Shown one piece after another: positions 21,527-31,545 of a stretch of 64,000 nucleotides of DNA. A model generated the notes under the pieces. That model did no database searches. It saw only the letters and a list, made by a program, of their open reading frames with translations, and was not told the origin of the DNA. Positions within the stretch are counted from its first letter, which is position 1. The number at the start of each line of letters is the position of its first letter. The stretch is from an uncultured Chloroflexia bacterium (GTDB lineage: Bacteria > Chloroflexota > Anaerolineae > B4-G1 > SLSP01): positions 26,963-90,962 of the forward strand of contig CAVVUS010000034.1 of NCBI GenBank assembly GCA_963751345.1, given 5' to 3'. The translations under genes and the position numbers were made by a program.

Positions 21527-24514
21527 TCACATCACCTTCGTCAATTCGAACCCCACGCCACGCTCTTCCTCTGCCGCCTGGATGGCTGCGGCAGAGCCGA
21601 CGACGACCACACTCCCGGACTCGGCGACCCGCCGGGCGAACGCGGCGAAGGCCCGAAAATCCGCAACGGTCGTGCCGAGCAACTCACTGCGATACTGCTG
21701 CCTCTGATCGTCCGTGTATCCAATCAGGGTGCGGGCCATCGCACTGAATCCCTTTGCATCGGGAAGCTGGTAGGCATCGACAGTACCGATGGCCCCGATG
21801 ATCCCCTTGACCAGCTCCTCCTGGGACAGATCCAGATTCTCAAGGAAGCCCGCCGTCTCATCATAGATATCCAACGTTCGCAGCAGGTTGGGATCGCGAT
21901 AGGAGACGTACCCGAATGCGCCCCCGTGGGGGTCGAACAGGCAGAAGCCACCATAGGCGCCGCCCTGCACGCGGACCCTCTCCCACAACCACGTGCTGCG
22001 GACATAGTGGGTGATAACCTCCGCCGACCCGTGTCGGCGATAGCCCAGGTCGAAGAGATTCGCACCTTTGCTGACGTAGTTGACGTTCGCCGGCAAGGTG
22101 AGTCCCTCCGGAGCAAGATCGTAGACAGGTGACCAGACAGCCATCTCTACATCAGCCTCGGGCAGCTCTGCCAGAAATGCCGCCAGTCGGGGCTCGATCT
22201 CGGCCCAGTTTTCAGCATCCACCGTGACGTTGCAGAGCATCGACGCACGATTGACGAGCAACCGCCGCACCGTCTCCAGTTTCTCCAGCACGCTGCCCCA
22301 GTCCGACTCGATCTCACCCGCCAACCGGCGAAGCATAAACAGGTACGACAGGCCGCCGGTCTGTTCGGAAACCCAATACGCCTCGCTGAACTTAGCGCGG
22401 AGTCGAGAGGCAGCAAGACGGTGGCCCCCGGGCACGAGGCCCGCTTCCTCCCGTGCCTTTTTCTCCAGCAGCGTCTGCATGAAGCGTGACTTGTTGTCCA
22501 GTTTCACCGTTAGCAGGATGTCACGCAGGATCGCAAGCAGGGCGGAGACCTGGTGGACGGTGCCCTTGCCGCGCAGGAAGGTCCATGCCGCCGTCTGAGC
22601 CGCCGCTCCCTCTCCCTGGTCTCCCAGTTCGGAGGTCCGGATTGTCGAGACGAAGTTCGCAGGCGAGATTCCACCCGTCTCACGGCCGATACGCTGGGTC
22701 AGCTTGACGAAGTCCTCAGTCTCCGTACCCAACTCCAGGAGCGCAGACATAAAGAGCTCCGTGTACGGAAGCAACGTCTGTGGCAGAGCATGCAGGTTGA
22801 ACCCCAGATCGAGGTAGAAGATGCCGTTGGTGAAAAGATCGTGATGGAGAATCCGCGTCCCGTGGAGAGCGGATTCCGCTGTGGGAACCTTCTTCGGCTC
22901 GGGGTCCAGGTCGCTCAGCCCCAGATTTGGTATGGTGGCCAGCGCCTCCGGCGAATCGGGCTTCTCCTGCAACTCCTTCAGATGCCGGGCGCGTTCGATG
23001 ACGGCGCGCTGCTCCTCTTCGGTCATCGCGGCCTTGGCAGCAGCCAGGCGCGCCTTCTCCGCGGCATCCTGCTGGTCCTGCAGCGTGGGATCGGGCTCCA
23101 GAATGACCGTCGCGCGGTGGGTGTTCTGGAGAAGATATTCCTGGATGAAGCGCTCGAAATAGCGGGGATCTCTCTCCAGGTTCCCTTTCACCTCCTGCAG
23201 CGGTTGCTCGAAGGCGATGGAGACGAAGGGATCGCCGTCGTGAAGCCACGTTGTGAGTGCCTGCAACATCACGAACAGGCCACGAGGAAAGTGACCGGTG
23301 TTCTGCTCCCGGAGCCGGAACTCGAGTGTATTGACCGAGGCCTCCACGGTCTCCCTATCGATGCCGGTGAGAGCGAGCTCCTCCAGCGTCGACAGGATCA
23401 GGGCTTCGACACGGTCCACATTGCCCGGCTCGATCCCTTTGAGCCCCGCGGAGAAATAGAGTTGGCGAAGGGAGTCGTCGAGCCCCCCGCCGATCACGTC
23501 CTCCCCTAACCCGGAATCAATCAGGGCTTTCCGGAGGGGAGAGGCCGACGTGTCGATCAGCGCGTGAGAGAGGACGCTCAGCGCCAACGTCAGCGTCGGG
23601 TCGGTGTTCTCCGGCAATAGCCAGTTCACCGTCAGCATGGACTTCGGCGCCTGCTCCTCGCCCGTAGGATAGGGCTGCACCACTCGCCGTGGCTCTCTGA
23701 GGGGCGGCTGGAGCGCAATCGAGCTGATCGAGGCCATACTGAGTTCACCCGACCGTGCTTCCGCATCAGGCGTCGACACACTACCCTCATAGCTCCCCAG
23801 ATAGGCATCAACGATCCGCAGGCGCTCCTCCGGATCGTCATCCCCGTAGAAGAAGACACGAGCGTTGGATGGATGGTAATACGTCTCGTGGAATGCCTTG
23901 AACTGCTCGTAGGTCAAGTCGGGCATGACCGCGGGGTCACCACCCGAATCAAACCCGTACGCCGTATCCGGGAAGAGTGACTGCTCGCTGTTGCGGGCCA
24001 TCAAGCTGTCGGGGGAGGCATAAGCTCCCTTCATCTCATTGAAGACCACACCTTTGTAGCTTAGCGGTGCATCCAGGTCCTCCATCTCATAGTGCCACCC
24101 CTCCTGTCCGAAGATCTCCGAGGTGATCCGCGGATAGAAGACCGCGTCGAGATAGACGTCGACGATGTTGTAGAAGTCCTGCAGGTTCTGGCTGGCAACG
24201 GGATAGCAGGTCTTGTCGCTGAAGGTGAAGGCGTTGATGAACGTGTTGAGCGATCCCTTGACGAGCTCGACAAAGGGCTCCTTTACCGGATACTTCCGCG
24301 ACCCGCAGAGCACGGAGTGCTCCATGATGTGTGGCAGCCCGGTGGAATCGGGCGGCGGGGTGCGGAACGTGATCCCGAACACCTTGTTCTCATCGGCATT
24401 CTCCAGCGACAAAAGCTCTGCCCCGCTCTTGGCGTGCCGATAGAGCTTGGCCAGCGTGTTGAGTTCCGGAATCTCCTGCTCCTTGAGCAATTCAAACCCA
24501 TAGTTGGTTGTCAT
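21527..24514 (-). CDS. M16C insulinase/presequence protease-type metallopeptidase
   Basis: HIMEHSVLCGSRKYPVKEPF, VFNEMKG, RVQGGAYGG, SYRDPN. Confidence 0.95.
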   Translation of the reverse strand: MTTNYGFELLKEQEIPELNTLAKLYRHAKSGAELLSLENADENKVFGITFRTPPPDSTGLPHIMEHSVLCGSRKYPVKEPFVELVKGSLNTFINAFTFSDKTCYPVASQNLQDFYNIVDVYLDAVFYPRITSEIFGQEGWHYEMEDLDAPLSYKGVVFNEMKGAYASPDSLMARNSEQSLFPDTAYGFDSGGDPAVMPDLTYEQFKAFHETYYHPSNARVFFYGDDDPEERLRIVDAYLGSYEGSVSTPDAEARSGELSMASISSIALQPPLREPRRVVQPYPTGEEQAPKSMLTVNWLLPENTDPTLTLALSVLSHALIDTSASPLRKALIDSGLGEDVIGGGLDDSLRQLYFSAGLKGIEPGNVDRVEALILSTLEELALTGIDRETVEASVNTLEFRLREQNTGHFPRGLFVMLQALTTWLHDGDPFVSIAFEQPLQEVKGNLERDPRYFERFIQEYLLQNTHRATVILEPDPTLQDQQDAAEKARLAAAKAAMTEEEQRAVIERARHLKELQEKPDSPEALATIPNLGLSDLDPEPKKVPTAESALHGTRILHHDLFTNGIFYLDLGFNLHALPQTLLPYTELFMSALLELGTETEDFVKLTQRIGRETGGISPANFVSTIRTSELGDQGEGAAAQTAAWTFLRGKGTVHQVSALLAILRDILLTVKLDNKSRFMQTLLEKKAREEAGLVPGGHRLAASRLRAKFSEAYWVSEQTGGLSYLFMLRRLAGEIESDWGSVLEKLETVRRLLVNRASMLCNVTVDAENWAEIEPRLAAFLAELPEADVEMAVWSPVYDLAPEGLTLPANVNYVSKGANLFDLGYRRHGSAEVITHYVRSTWLWERVRVQGGAYGGFCLFDPHGGAFGYVSYRDPNLLRTLDIYDETAGFLENLDLSQEELVKGIIGAIGTVDAYQLPDAKGFSAMARTLIGYTDDQRQQYRSELLGTTVADFRAFAAFARRVAESGSVVVVGSAAAIQAAEEERGVGFELTKVM

Positions 24515-24528
24515 TTGTCAGTCCCTCC

Positions 24529-25217
24529 TTACGATCCATTACGAAAGATGGGCAGCGGCTCGCCCAGAACCGGCCTGGGATGTGTCACGGCCAGCTCCCA
24601 CCAGGCAAGCCACAGCGCCGGAATCTCGCGCAGCCGGTACCGAATCATGTAGTATCCGCGATGTTGATACCGGTCAGCACTGTATCCTACGACTCCGAGT
24701 CCCAGGGCGCGGCACGTCTCGATTGCACGCGGAAGATGATAACGTTGCGTAACCAGCGTCGCCTGGCTCAGGCCGAAGATGTCACGCGCTCGGTAGCACG
24801 TATCATAGGTGCGGCGCCCGGCGTAGTCCAACACGATGTCCTCACCGGGAACGCCCTGTTTGACGGCATAGATCCGCATCCGCTCCGGTTCGTTGTACTC
24901 CACGATCCGGTTGTCACCACTGAAGAGCAGTTTTTGCACCTTCCCGGCCTGATAGAGCTCGATCGCCGCATCCAGCCGTTCCTGTAAGACGAGGCTAAGC
25001 GCTCCGTTCGGCCAGTAGCCGGCCCCAAAGACAATCGCGACCGGCCGGTCCGGCATCTCGGCAAGGGTCATCGAGCGTGTAAATTGACCGGTCGTACCGA
25101 CCGTGCAACGTCCAATAAGTCCACCCGGCGACACCCATGCCGGCCGCCAGGGAAATCAGCGCGATTCTCCCCACGGTGCGCCATCGCCGTCCGCCGGCAC
25201 GAGTCTTTCCCGGTCAC
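24529..25217 (-). CDS. SanA/YdcF (DUF218, ElyC) family membrane protein; N-terminus frameshifted
   Basis: AIVFGAG, RLDAAIELY, LFSGDN, YNEP, DYAGRRTYDTCYRA, VTQRYHLPRA, LREIPA; N-terminal TM helix in another frame. Confidence 0.85.
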
Positions 25218-25253
25218 TTTGTGTCCTGTCCTTGCCACAGCGGTGACCGGATA

Positions 25254-26659
25254 TCAGGGCAGCCCTGATACGCTGACGCTCTCCACGGCGGCGGAATCGT
25301 CTCCCCACGCCAACCAGACGTGATCGGCATGGCGATAGAGAACGACAGCGCCCTGGCGACCGGCCCACCATCGACCGCGCGTCAGAAGCGCCGGAGGGGT
25401 CGTGTCCACGATAAGGCCCCTCACAAGCGTCTGCGGCATGAGACCCAGCAATTGTCCGTGAAAGCGGGAGGCCGTTCGGGCATCATCCCAATCCATCTGC
25501 CACGCAGCTACGAAACCCCCGCTCGAACTCTGCCACACCTGGAGCAAATCCCCGCCCCAGCCCACCACCGCATCGCTGCCCACCTCTCCGTCGCTCCAGC
25601 GCGCCATCACTTTGCCCATCAACGCCTCTCCGAGGGTCTCCGTCTCTACCAGGGTCCAGTCATTGCCCAGACCGGGCTCAACCGGGAGGACCACCGGGGT
25701 TCGTCGGATGCGGCATACCGGTCGGGGTGTAGGATCTGCTCGGTCGACCGAGGCGGGCGCAGGACCGCCTCGTCCATCGCAGCAGCGCCCCCTTCCTGAT
25801 ACCGGGCCGTCATAAAGGGCGCGCCTAGCTCAAGGCTCAGGCAACTCAGCTCCTGGAGCAGGGGATTGTCGACCTGCCATTTCGGGCAGACGGCGCGGGC
25901 AACCTCCGCCCTCAGCTCATCACTCTGCGAAGATGGAACGCCTGGCTCCAGAGGCACGGCATCGTGAAGAAGCCACACTGAGACAAGTGCGTCTCCATCT
26001 GCCACCGCCTCAAGTGCCAGTCGACGATCGAGAGATGGGGACTCCTCCAGCATCGCGTTGAGATCGCCGTATTGGTCCGGCAGCGCCCGAGCGTATCCGT
26101 AGGCAAGATGGGCCTCCAGCGTTGCCATCGCGCCACCCCAGTCACGGCGAAGATAGAGCTCCCCCAACTCCGGCACGTAATAGGCGGCGGTCTCCTCGGC
26201 CTGGCCCACCACATCAAGCCGCAGCGGATCCCAATCCCACATCTTCAGCGCCTCCAGGGCAGGACGCATGCGCAGGACGAGTGGGGGCCGCGCCTGGTAG
26301 TGCGCGTAAAGGGCTCTGGCCATCTCCGTGTCATCACCAAGGGTCAGCGGCGTGCCCCATCGCGTCCGCGCCTGTCGAGCATCGGCAACCGCGCCGGCGA
26401 TCACGCCGGCCCGGGAGACATCGAATGTCGCCACGGGGGTCGGCGTGGGGAACGGTGAGGCCAAGGGGCGGGGCGTGTCGCTGGCGAGCGGCGCCTCCGC
26501 CGTCGGAAAGAGCGGCGAAACACCGGGGGATGCCGCGGACCTGGCACCGAGCATCAGTGAGACGTTCCAGATCAGCAGCAAGACAACCGCGACTACACTC
26601 AGAGCCAGGATCAGCAAGACCAGGCGCTGGCTCTGCGTCAGACTTCGATACCAGCGCAC
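25254..26659 (-). CDS. Membrane-anchored protein resembling Hvo_1808-type putative zincins but with a degenerate metal motif (frameshift near 25700)
   Basis: N-terminal TM and Pro/Thr linker; AYYVP, ALPDQY, AVADGDA, PPRSTEQILHPDRY, TLGE, GWGGD, WDD. Confidence 0.6.
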
Positions 26660-27360
26660 CTCAGCACCTCTCGCTCCTTGCGCACGACGGTCAGCACGCC
26701 CTCCGCCGCAAGGTCCAGTAGACGGTCCAGCCCTCGACGTGGCACCGGGGTGCCTTCTGCTGTTCCCTGCACCTCGATAAAGTTCCCATCCACGTCCATT
26801 ACCACGTTGAGATCCATCTCGGCCCGCACATCCTCTTCATAGGCCAGGTCCATCAGCAGCGCGCCATCCACGATCCCAACACTGATCGCGCCGAGCGGGG
26901 GCAGCAGAGCCTCCGCCGGCACCGCGCCTGTTTCAATCAGATGGTGCACGGCCAGCACGAGGGCGACATAACCGCCGTTGACCGCCGCCGTACGCGTTCC
27001 ACCATCCGCCTGCAGGACGTCACAGTCAACCGTAAGCATCACCTCGCCCAGTAGATCGAGACGCACGGCCCGGCGCAGACTCCGGCCAATCAGACGCCGA
27101 ATTTCCTGCGCTCGCCCCCCCTGGATATGCGATCGTGGCGTGCGCGTCTGAGTCGCGCGAGGCAGCAGCGCATACTCTGCCGTCACCCAGCCCTGTCCTT
27201 TGCCCTGCAACCATCGGGGGACGTGGTTCTCAACGGTGACAGTGCAGAGCACCTGCGTCTCTCCCATGCGCACCAATGCCGATCCTTCAGGATCACGGAT
27301 CGGAGAGAGATCAATCGATATTGGACGCAGCGCTTCCGGAGTCCGCCCGTCGAACCGCAT
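26638..27360 (-). CDS. rph: Ribonuclease PH
   Basis: GSALVRMGETQVLC, GWVTAEYALLP, EIRRLIGRSLR, DCDVLQADGGTRTA, FIEVQGTAEG. Confidence 0.96.
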   Translation of the reverse strand: MRFDGRTPEALRPISIDLSPIRDPEGSALVRMGETQVLCTVTVENHVPRWLQGKGQGWVTAEYALLPRATQTRTPRSHIQGGRAQEIRRLIGRSLRRAVRLDLLGEVMLTVDCDVLQADGGTRTAAVNGGYVALVLAVHHLIETGAVPAEALLPPLGAISVGIVDGALLMDLAYEEDVRAEMDLNVVMDVDGNFIEVQGTAEGTPVPRRGLDRLLDLAAEGVLTVVRKEREVLRCAGIEV

Positions 27361-27470
27361 TCAAATCCTCCCAGATAGCAGACACCTCGGCATCACCGGG
27401 GTGTCTTGACATAAACATCCTGCATATACGGACCCATCGATGAGTCTTCCTGCTCCTCACCGTGCAACTC

Positions 27471-27498
27471 ATTGTAAAGAGCCGCAAGGTCTTGTCAA
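27471..27498 (-). promoter_or_regulatory. Putative sigma-70 promoter for rph
   Basis: TTGACA-N16-TACAAT on the minus strand. Confidence 0.65.
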
Positions 27499-27518
27499 GA
27501 TCGCGCTTTTCTCATTTC

Positions 27519-27546
27519 TTGTCGTCTTGCGGAACCCAGCTACAAT
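27519..27546 (+). promoter_or_regulatory. Putative divergent sigma-70 promoter for the LysM gene
   Basis: TTGTCG-N16-TACAAT. Confidence 0.5.
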
Positions 27547-27573
27547 GGCAAGGATGTACGAGATGGGAAATCG

Positions 27574-28551
27574 ATGACACACCTATGTGGCAAGGGCATA
27601 TGGCTTGCCCACTCCTACGACCTCGAGCGGGGCGTTGAACTCTCAACCCGCATCGGTGGCACCCACCTAATTGTAAAGGTTGGGCATGGGCCGATGTATT
27701 TCCCCGAGATCGCCCGGGATATGATACAGCGGGCAAACGGGCTTGGGCTTGTTGCCCTGGGGTGGGTCCAACTCACAAGCCGTGCCCCTCAAGACGCTCT
27801 CCGTGCGATCGTGGCGGCCTTGAGCCTAGGATACCAGGCAGTTGTGCTCTTCCTGACGCCGGACACGGTGACGGGCCCTCAGATGCAGATCTTGGCAGAA
27901 GCCCTGATCAATGTAGAGATTCCGAAAGACCGGCTCTATCTGGCCTCGCCGCCCCTTCCGTACCTGTCGGATCGAGCTCCGCTGGAGGCCCTTGTACCGG
28001 TCTGTCAGGGCGGATGGATGCCGCTCTGTTTTTCCACGTGGTCCGACAGCGCATCCCAGGTCATCGACCAAGATGTGTACCAGGGGTTGGACCAGCTCAG
28101 CCTGATCTGGGACAAGGCACCGGATGTCTGTCCGGTGCTCTCACCACAATACGGAACAAACGGCGGAGAGATCTTGCCGGAAGGTTTCATCCCTTGGGTG
28201 GAAGGTATCGCCCGTCACGGCACGGACTTCTTCAGCATTTTTCACGCCGCAAACACGGAAAAAGCGCTCTGGCCGATGCTCCAGGCTATCAATGTGGCAT
28301 GTCTGGAGACGGACGGGCGGGTACCCGTAGAGGACGAAGGCATCACGATCAATGCGGTCACCGGTGCAGCATCCGTGCCGCAGCCAATCTACATCACGGC
28401 AAGGCCAAGTGATTCCGTTTGGGGCATTATCTCGCGCCACGGCATGGGCCGCGAGCAATTCTGGACGTGGAATGCCCACTTGTGGGATAGCAGAGGGTTG
28501 CCGCGAGACCCCGACTACCTGCAAGCCGGGTGGCGGATCCGGGTGAAGTGA
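27574..28551 (+). CDS. Protein with a C-terminal LysM domain and an N-terminal barrel-like domain
   Basis: YITARPSDSVWGIISRHG...WN...PDYLQAGWRIRV; no signal peptide seen. Confidence 0.7.
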   Translation: MTHLCGKGIWLAHSYDLERGVELSTRIGGTHLIVKVGHGPMYFPEIARDMIQRANGLGLVALGWVQLTSRAPQDALRAIVAALSLGYQAVVLFLTPDTVTGPQMQILAEALINVEIPKDRLYLASPPLPYLSDRAPLEALVPVCQGGWMPLCFSTWSDSASQVIDQDVYQGLDQLSLIWDKAPDVCPVLSPQYGTNGGEILPEGFIPWVEGIARHGTDFFSIFHAANTEKALWPMLQAINVACLETDGRVPVEDEGITINAVTGAASVPQPIYITARPSDSVWGIISRHGMGREQFWTWNAHLWDSRGLPRDPDYLQAGWRIRVK

Positions 28552-28559
28552 GCTGAGCG

Positions 28560-28612
28560 TTGCGACTCACGAGGAATATGGTATAATCGCTATTCGCCGC
28601 CAGCGAATGGCG
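28560..28612 (+). promoter_or_regulatory. rplS promoter and 5' leader hairpin
   Basis: TTGCGA-N16-TATAAT with an upstream TG, followed by cgctattcgc-cgcca-gcgaatggcg. Confidence 0.6.
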
Positions 28613-28651
28613 GTTTAATTTTGACAAGGTCTCGGGGAGAGGATAGACAAG

Positions 28652-29008
28652 ATGAACCTGGTCGAATCACTAGAACGCCAGATGGTAAAACCCAATCCGA
28701 ATGTGCCCGAATTGCACGTCGGTGATACTGTTCGCGTCCACGTCCGAATTGTCGAGGGTGAGCGAGAGCGCATTCAGCCCTTCCAGGGCACGATCATCCG
28801 CCTGCGCAAGGGCAGCACGGTCAACGCAAACTTCACGGTCCGCCGTGTTGCGTCGCATGGCATCGGCGTCGAGCGCACGTTCCTTCTATTCTCGCCCCGC
28901 ATCGACCGGGTCGAGGTCATGCGCCACGCCAAGGTCCGCCGCGCCCAACTGTACTTCCTCCGCGATCGCCGTGGTCGTTCCGCACGCCTCAAGGAACGTC
29001 GAGACTAA
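28652..29008 (+). CDS. rplS: 50S ribosomal protein L19
   Basis: GDTVRVHVRIVEGERERIQPFQG, FTVRR..HGIGVERTF, KVRRAQLYFLR. Confidence 0.98.
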   Translation: MNLVESLERQMVKPNPNVPELHVGDTVRVHVRIVEGERERIQPFQGTIIRLRKGSTVNANFTVRRVASHGIGVERTFLLFSPRIDRVEVMRHAKVRRAQLYFLRDRRGRSARLKERRD

Positions 29009-29038
29009 GGACGCCCACTGACATCTCAGGGCAGACCC

Positions 29039-29753
29039 TTGATTGGTATTACCGGGCGGAACGAGACTTCCGCCCGGCTGCTTGCTACCCCGATGCACTC
29101 CGTTGGGGCCACGTACACGCGGGCCATTTACCACGCAGGCGGGACGGCGATCATCATCCCACCCACTCACCCAGGAAGCGGATTGGTCGCGTCTGGTCGA
29201 ACGGCTCGACGGCCTGCTGCTAAGCGGTGGTGAGGACGTCGCCCCCGACCGCTATGGGCACGCGCTTGAGCCCTGGACGGGCCGGGTCGATGCAGAGAGA
29301 GATGAGGCAGAGCTGGGACTGGTCCAGCGTTGGACGGCCTCAGGCAAGCCACTTCTGGGCATCTGCCGAGGACACCAGGTCCTCAACGTGGCATTGGGGG
29401 GCGTGCTGGTGCAGGATATCATGGCCAATATCGCTGATGCGCTCGACCATGCGTATGTCTCCGGGCGTCCGATGGAAGACCCTGTCCACGAGGTGGACAT
29501 CGAGCCGGATTGCCACCTGAGCAGGATCCTCGGGGGGACTCAATTTGCGGTTAACAGCGCCCACCATCAGGCGGTCACCGCACCCGGACGCGACCTGGAG
29601 ATTGTAGCGCGTGCGCCTGACGGCATTGTAGAGGCGACGGAGATCCGCGATCATCCATTCTGCGTCAGCGTGCAGTGGCACCCTGAGGCGATGGTAAAGA
29701 CCTCCCCTTCAATGCTTCCCCTCTTTGCGGCGTTCGTCGAAGCCGCGGGGTAA
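29039..29753 (+). CDS. Gamma-glutamyl-gamma-aminobutyrate hydrolase family (peptidase C26, class I GATase); one frameshift
   Basis: PLIGIT, DGLLLSGGEDV, LGICRGHQVLNVALGG, VNSAHHQ, VQWHPE. Confidence 0.9.
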
Positions 29754-29773
29754 GGTCGCATCCCAGGAAATCA

Positions 29774-29808
29774 AACCGGCGGGGGCTAAGCCCCCGCCGG
29801 TTCTTTGT
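29774..29808. terminator. Rho-independent terminator, probably bidirectional
   Basis: aaccggcggggg-ctaag-cccccgccggtt followed by ctttgtt, between convergent genes. Confidence 0.75.
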
Positions 29809-29825
29809 TGCAGTAAGAACGTCAC

Positions 29826-30080
29826 CTAAGCAGCTTTGTACGTCTCGTCCGCAGTTTGAAGTGTGATGGGGCGTCCCTGCTTGAAGGACTCCAGTTGTTC
29901 CTCCAGCTCGTGTCGTCGACTCTCGGCCGCCGACTTACCCTCCTGAACGAGCTCCTCCACACCTTCCCGGATGCGCACCTGGAACTCAGAACCTGATTCC
30001 GGAGCGAAGAGCAGCGACAGCATCCCGCCTGTCCAAGCACCCAACAGGAAACCGGCCAGAAATACAAAGAACTTCCGCAT
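29826..30080 (-). CDS. YtxH-domain protein
   Basis: FLAGFLLGAWTGGMLSLLFAPESGSEFQVRI. Confidence 0.88.
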   Translation of the reverse strand: MRKFFVFLAGFLLGAWTGGMLSLLFAPESGSEFQVRIREGVEELVQEGKSAAESRRHELEEQLESFKQGRPITLQTADETYKAA

Positions 30081-30116
30081 GGTTGCACCTCCCCTAATCG
30101 TTCAACCGATATCTTC

Positions 30117-30144
30117 ATTATACGCCGAAGCCGTGCATACGCAA
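30117..30144 (-). promoter_or_regulatory. Putative sigma-70 promoter for the YtxH gene
   Basis: TTGCGT-N16-TATAAT on the minus strand. Confidence 0.6.
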
Positions 30145-30166
30145 CGATCTGCGCATTACAGTTGTC

Positions 30167-31076
30167 CTATTCCGAAGGTGTGACGGTTGGCGTCAGCGTC
30201 GTTGTCGCCTCCAGCGTAGGTTCCGGCTCCTCCCAGAGCACGAGAGATCGCGAGACCCAGCCCGTACCCTCGTCCGGCGGACACGGTTCCACCTGGACCG
30301 TCAGGATCGGAAGCCCCCCGGGTGTGTCAACGTAGAGATTGTAGGAACGCCCGGGTGCCACCCCGAAATCGGCATAGCCAAGTCCCTTCTCGGGACGGAG
30401 GCCGGTGATAGCGCGATCGGCGCCGTTGTCCCAGATCAACCAGACCTCGCGCATCGGAAGGCCCACCTGTTCCTGGACCTGTCGCCCCCGAACCGTCACC
30501 GTGCGCGAGACCTCGACGGAGACGGCGATGATCGGCTCGGTATCGCACGTCAAGGTCTGGGAGACGATGCGGTAGGGCGGAGGGACCAGCGCCGAGCGGC
30601 GTCGGCGTCGCCGTTGGCGTCGCACGCGGCGTCAGAGTTGGAGCCGGCGTCGGGCGCACCGGCGTTAGGGTGGGAAGCACCGGTGGCGGGGCAATCGGCG
30701 ACGCGATGAGATCGGCGCCATCCTGGCTGAAGAGCGCCACACCCGGTCCGGAGGCGCCGTAAGCCGAGGCCAGCCGTGCGATACGTTGGAGGATTTGCAC
30801 GGGTTGCCCCTGCGCGGTCGCCCTATCCAGCACATCGGCGGCGACAGCCCCTACTTCATCGGTGGACAAGTTGAGCAGCCGAATCTGCGTCCGCTCCCAA
30901 TTGTCCTCGACGCCGTAACTCCAGGCAGTCATCCGTATCCATTCCTGTCGATATCCCAAATCAAGCATGGGCGGATAGGTATCGACGTATTCGAGCGGCG
31001 CGATAAACCAGGTGAAGATCAGGCCACCCACGAAGCCCAGCAGGAGCCCAACGATGACAACGCCCCAGGCTTTCAA
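30167..31076 (-). CDS. Hypothetical membrane-anchored protein with a Pro/Thr linker and a C-terminal Cys-pair beta domain (frameshift near 30600)
   Basis: N-terminal TM; PTLTPVRPTPAPTLTP; second part ...TCDTEP...TGLRPEKGLGYADF...EPCP. Confidence 0.65.
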
Positions 31077-31441
31077 CCTGACCCTCCGACAAGGTAGGGG
31101 GCCATCTCGGGGGTATCGACGCCTATGGCGCGCGCCAATCGGGCAAAGGGTGTGATGAGATCAGCATTCCGACCCTCGTGGATCCACTGCGTGGTCACAT
31201 CGACCAGAGGCGCTGTGTAGGGGTCGCCACCCAACGCGCGAAGTCGTTCCTGAGCCAGAGCGAGATCGCCATCCGCGCTGTAGGAGACCGCGACCAGTCG
31301 CAGGTACTCGGTTCGATAGTCGGCGCGCATCGACGCAGGCGTGACCGCCTGTCGTTGCATGGGGAAAAGAACCCAACCCACCAGCATCGCCAGGCCAATG
31401 CCGGCAGCAATCCCAATGAGGAAACCAGCAAGTCGCTTCAT
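31073..31441 (-). CDS. Hypothetical membrane-anchored protein, paralogous to the N-terminus of the downstream gene
   Basis: TM helix, then P.SMRADYRTEYLRLVAVSY..DGDLALAQERLRAL; stop overlaps the next start. Confidence 0.7.
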   Translation of the reverse strand: MKRLAGFLIGIAAGIGLAMLVGWVLFPMQRQAVTPASMRADYRTEYLRLVAVSYSADGDLALAQERLRALGGDPYTAPLVDVTTQWIHEGRNADLITPFARLARAIGVDTPEMAPYLVGGSG

Positions 31442-31510
31442 GGTCGGGAGCCATCTTACATCGGAAGGCACAAAGGGCAAAGAGGAAGAGCTCTGAGCTC
31501 TCTTGTTCTA

Positions 31511-31539
31511 TTGACGCGACGGCGCAGAATCCCTATAAT
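31511..31539 (+). promoter_or_regulatory. Near-consensus sigma-70 promoter with no credible downstream + strand CDS
   Basis: TTGACG-N17-TATAAT. Confidence 0.75.
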
Positions 31540-31545
31540 GAAGGT

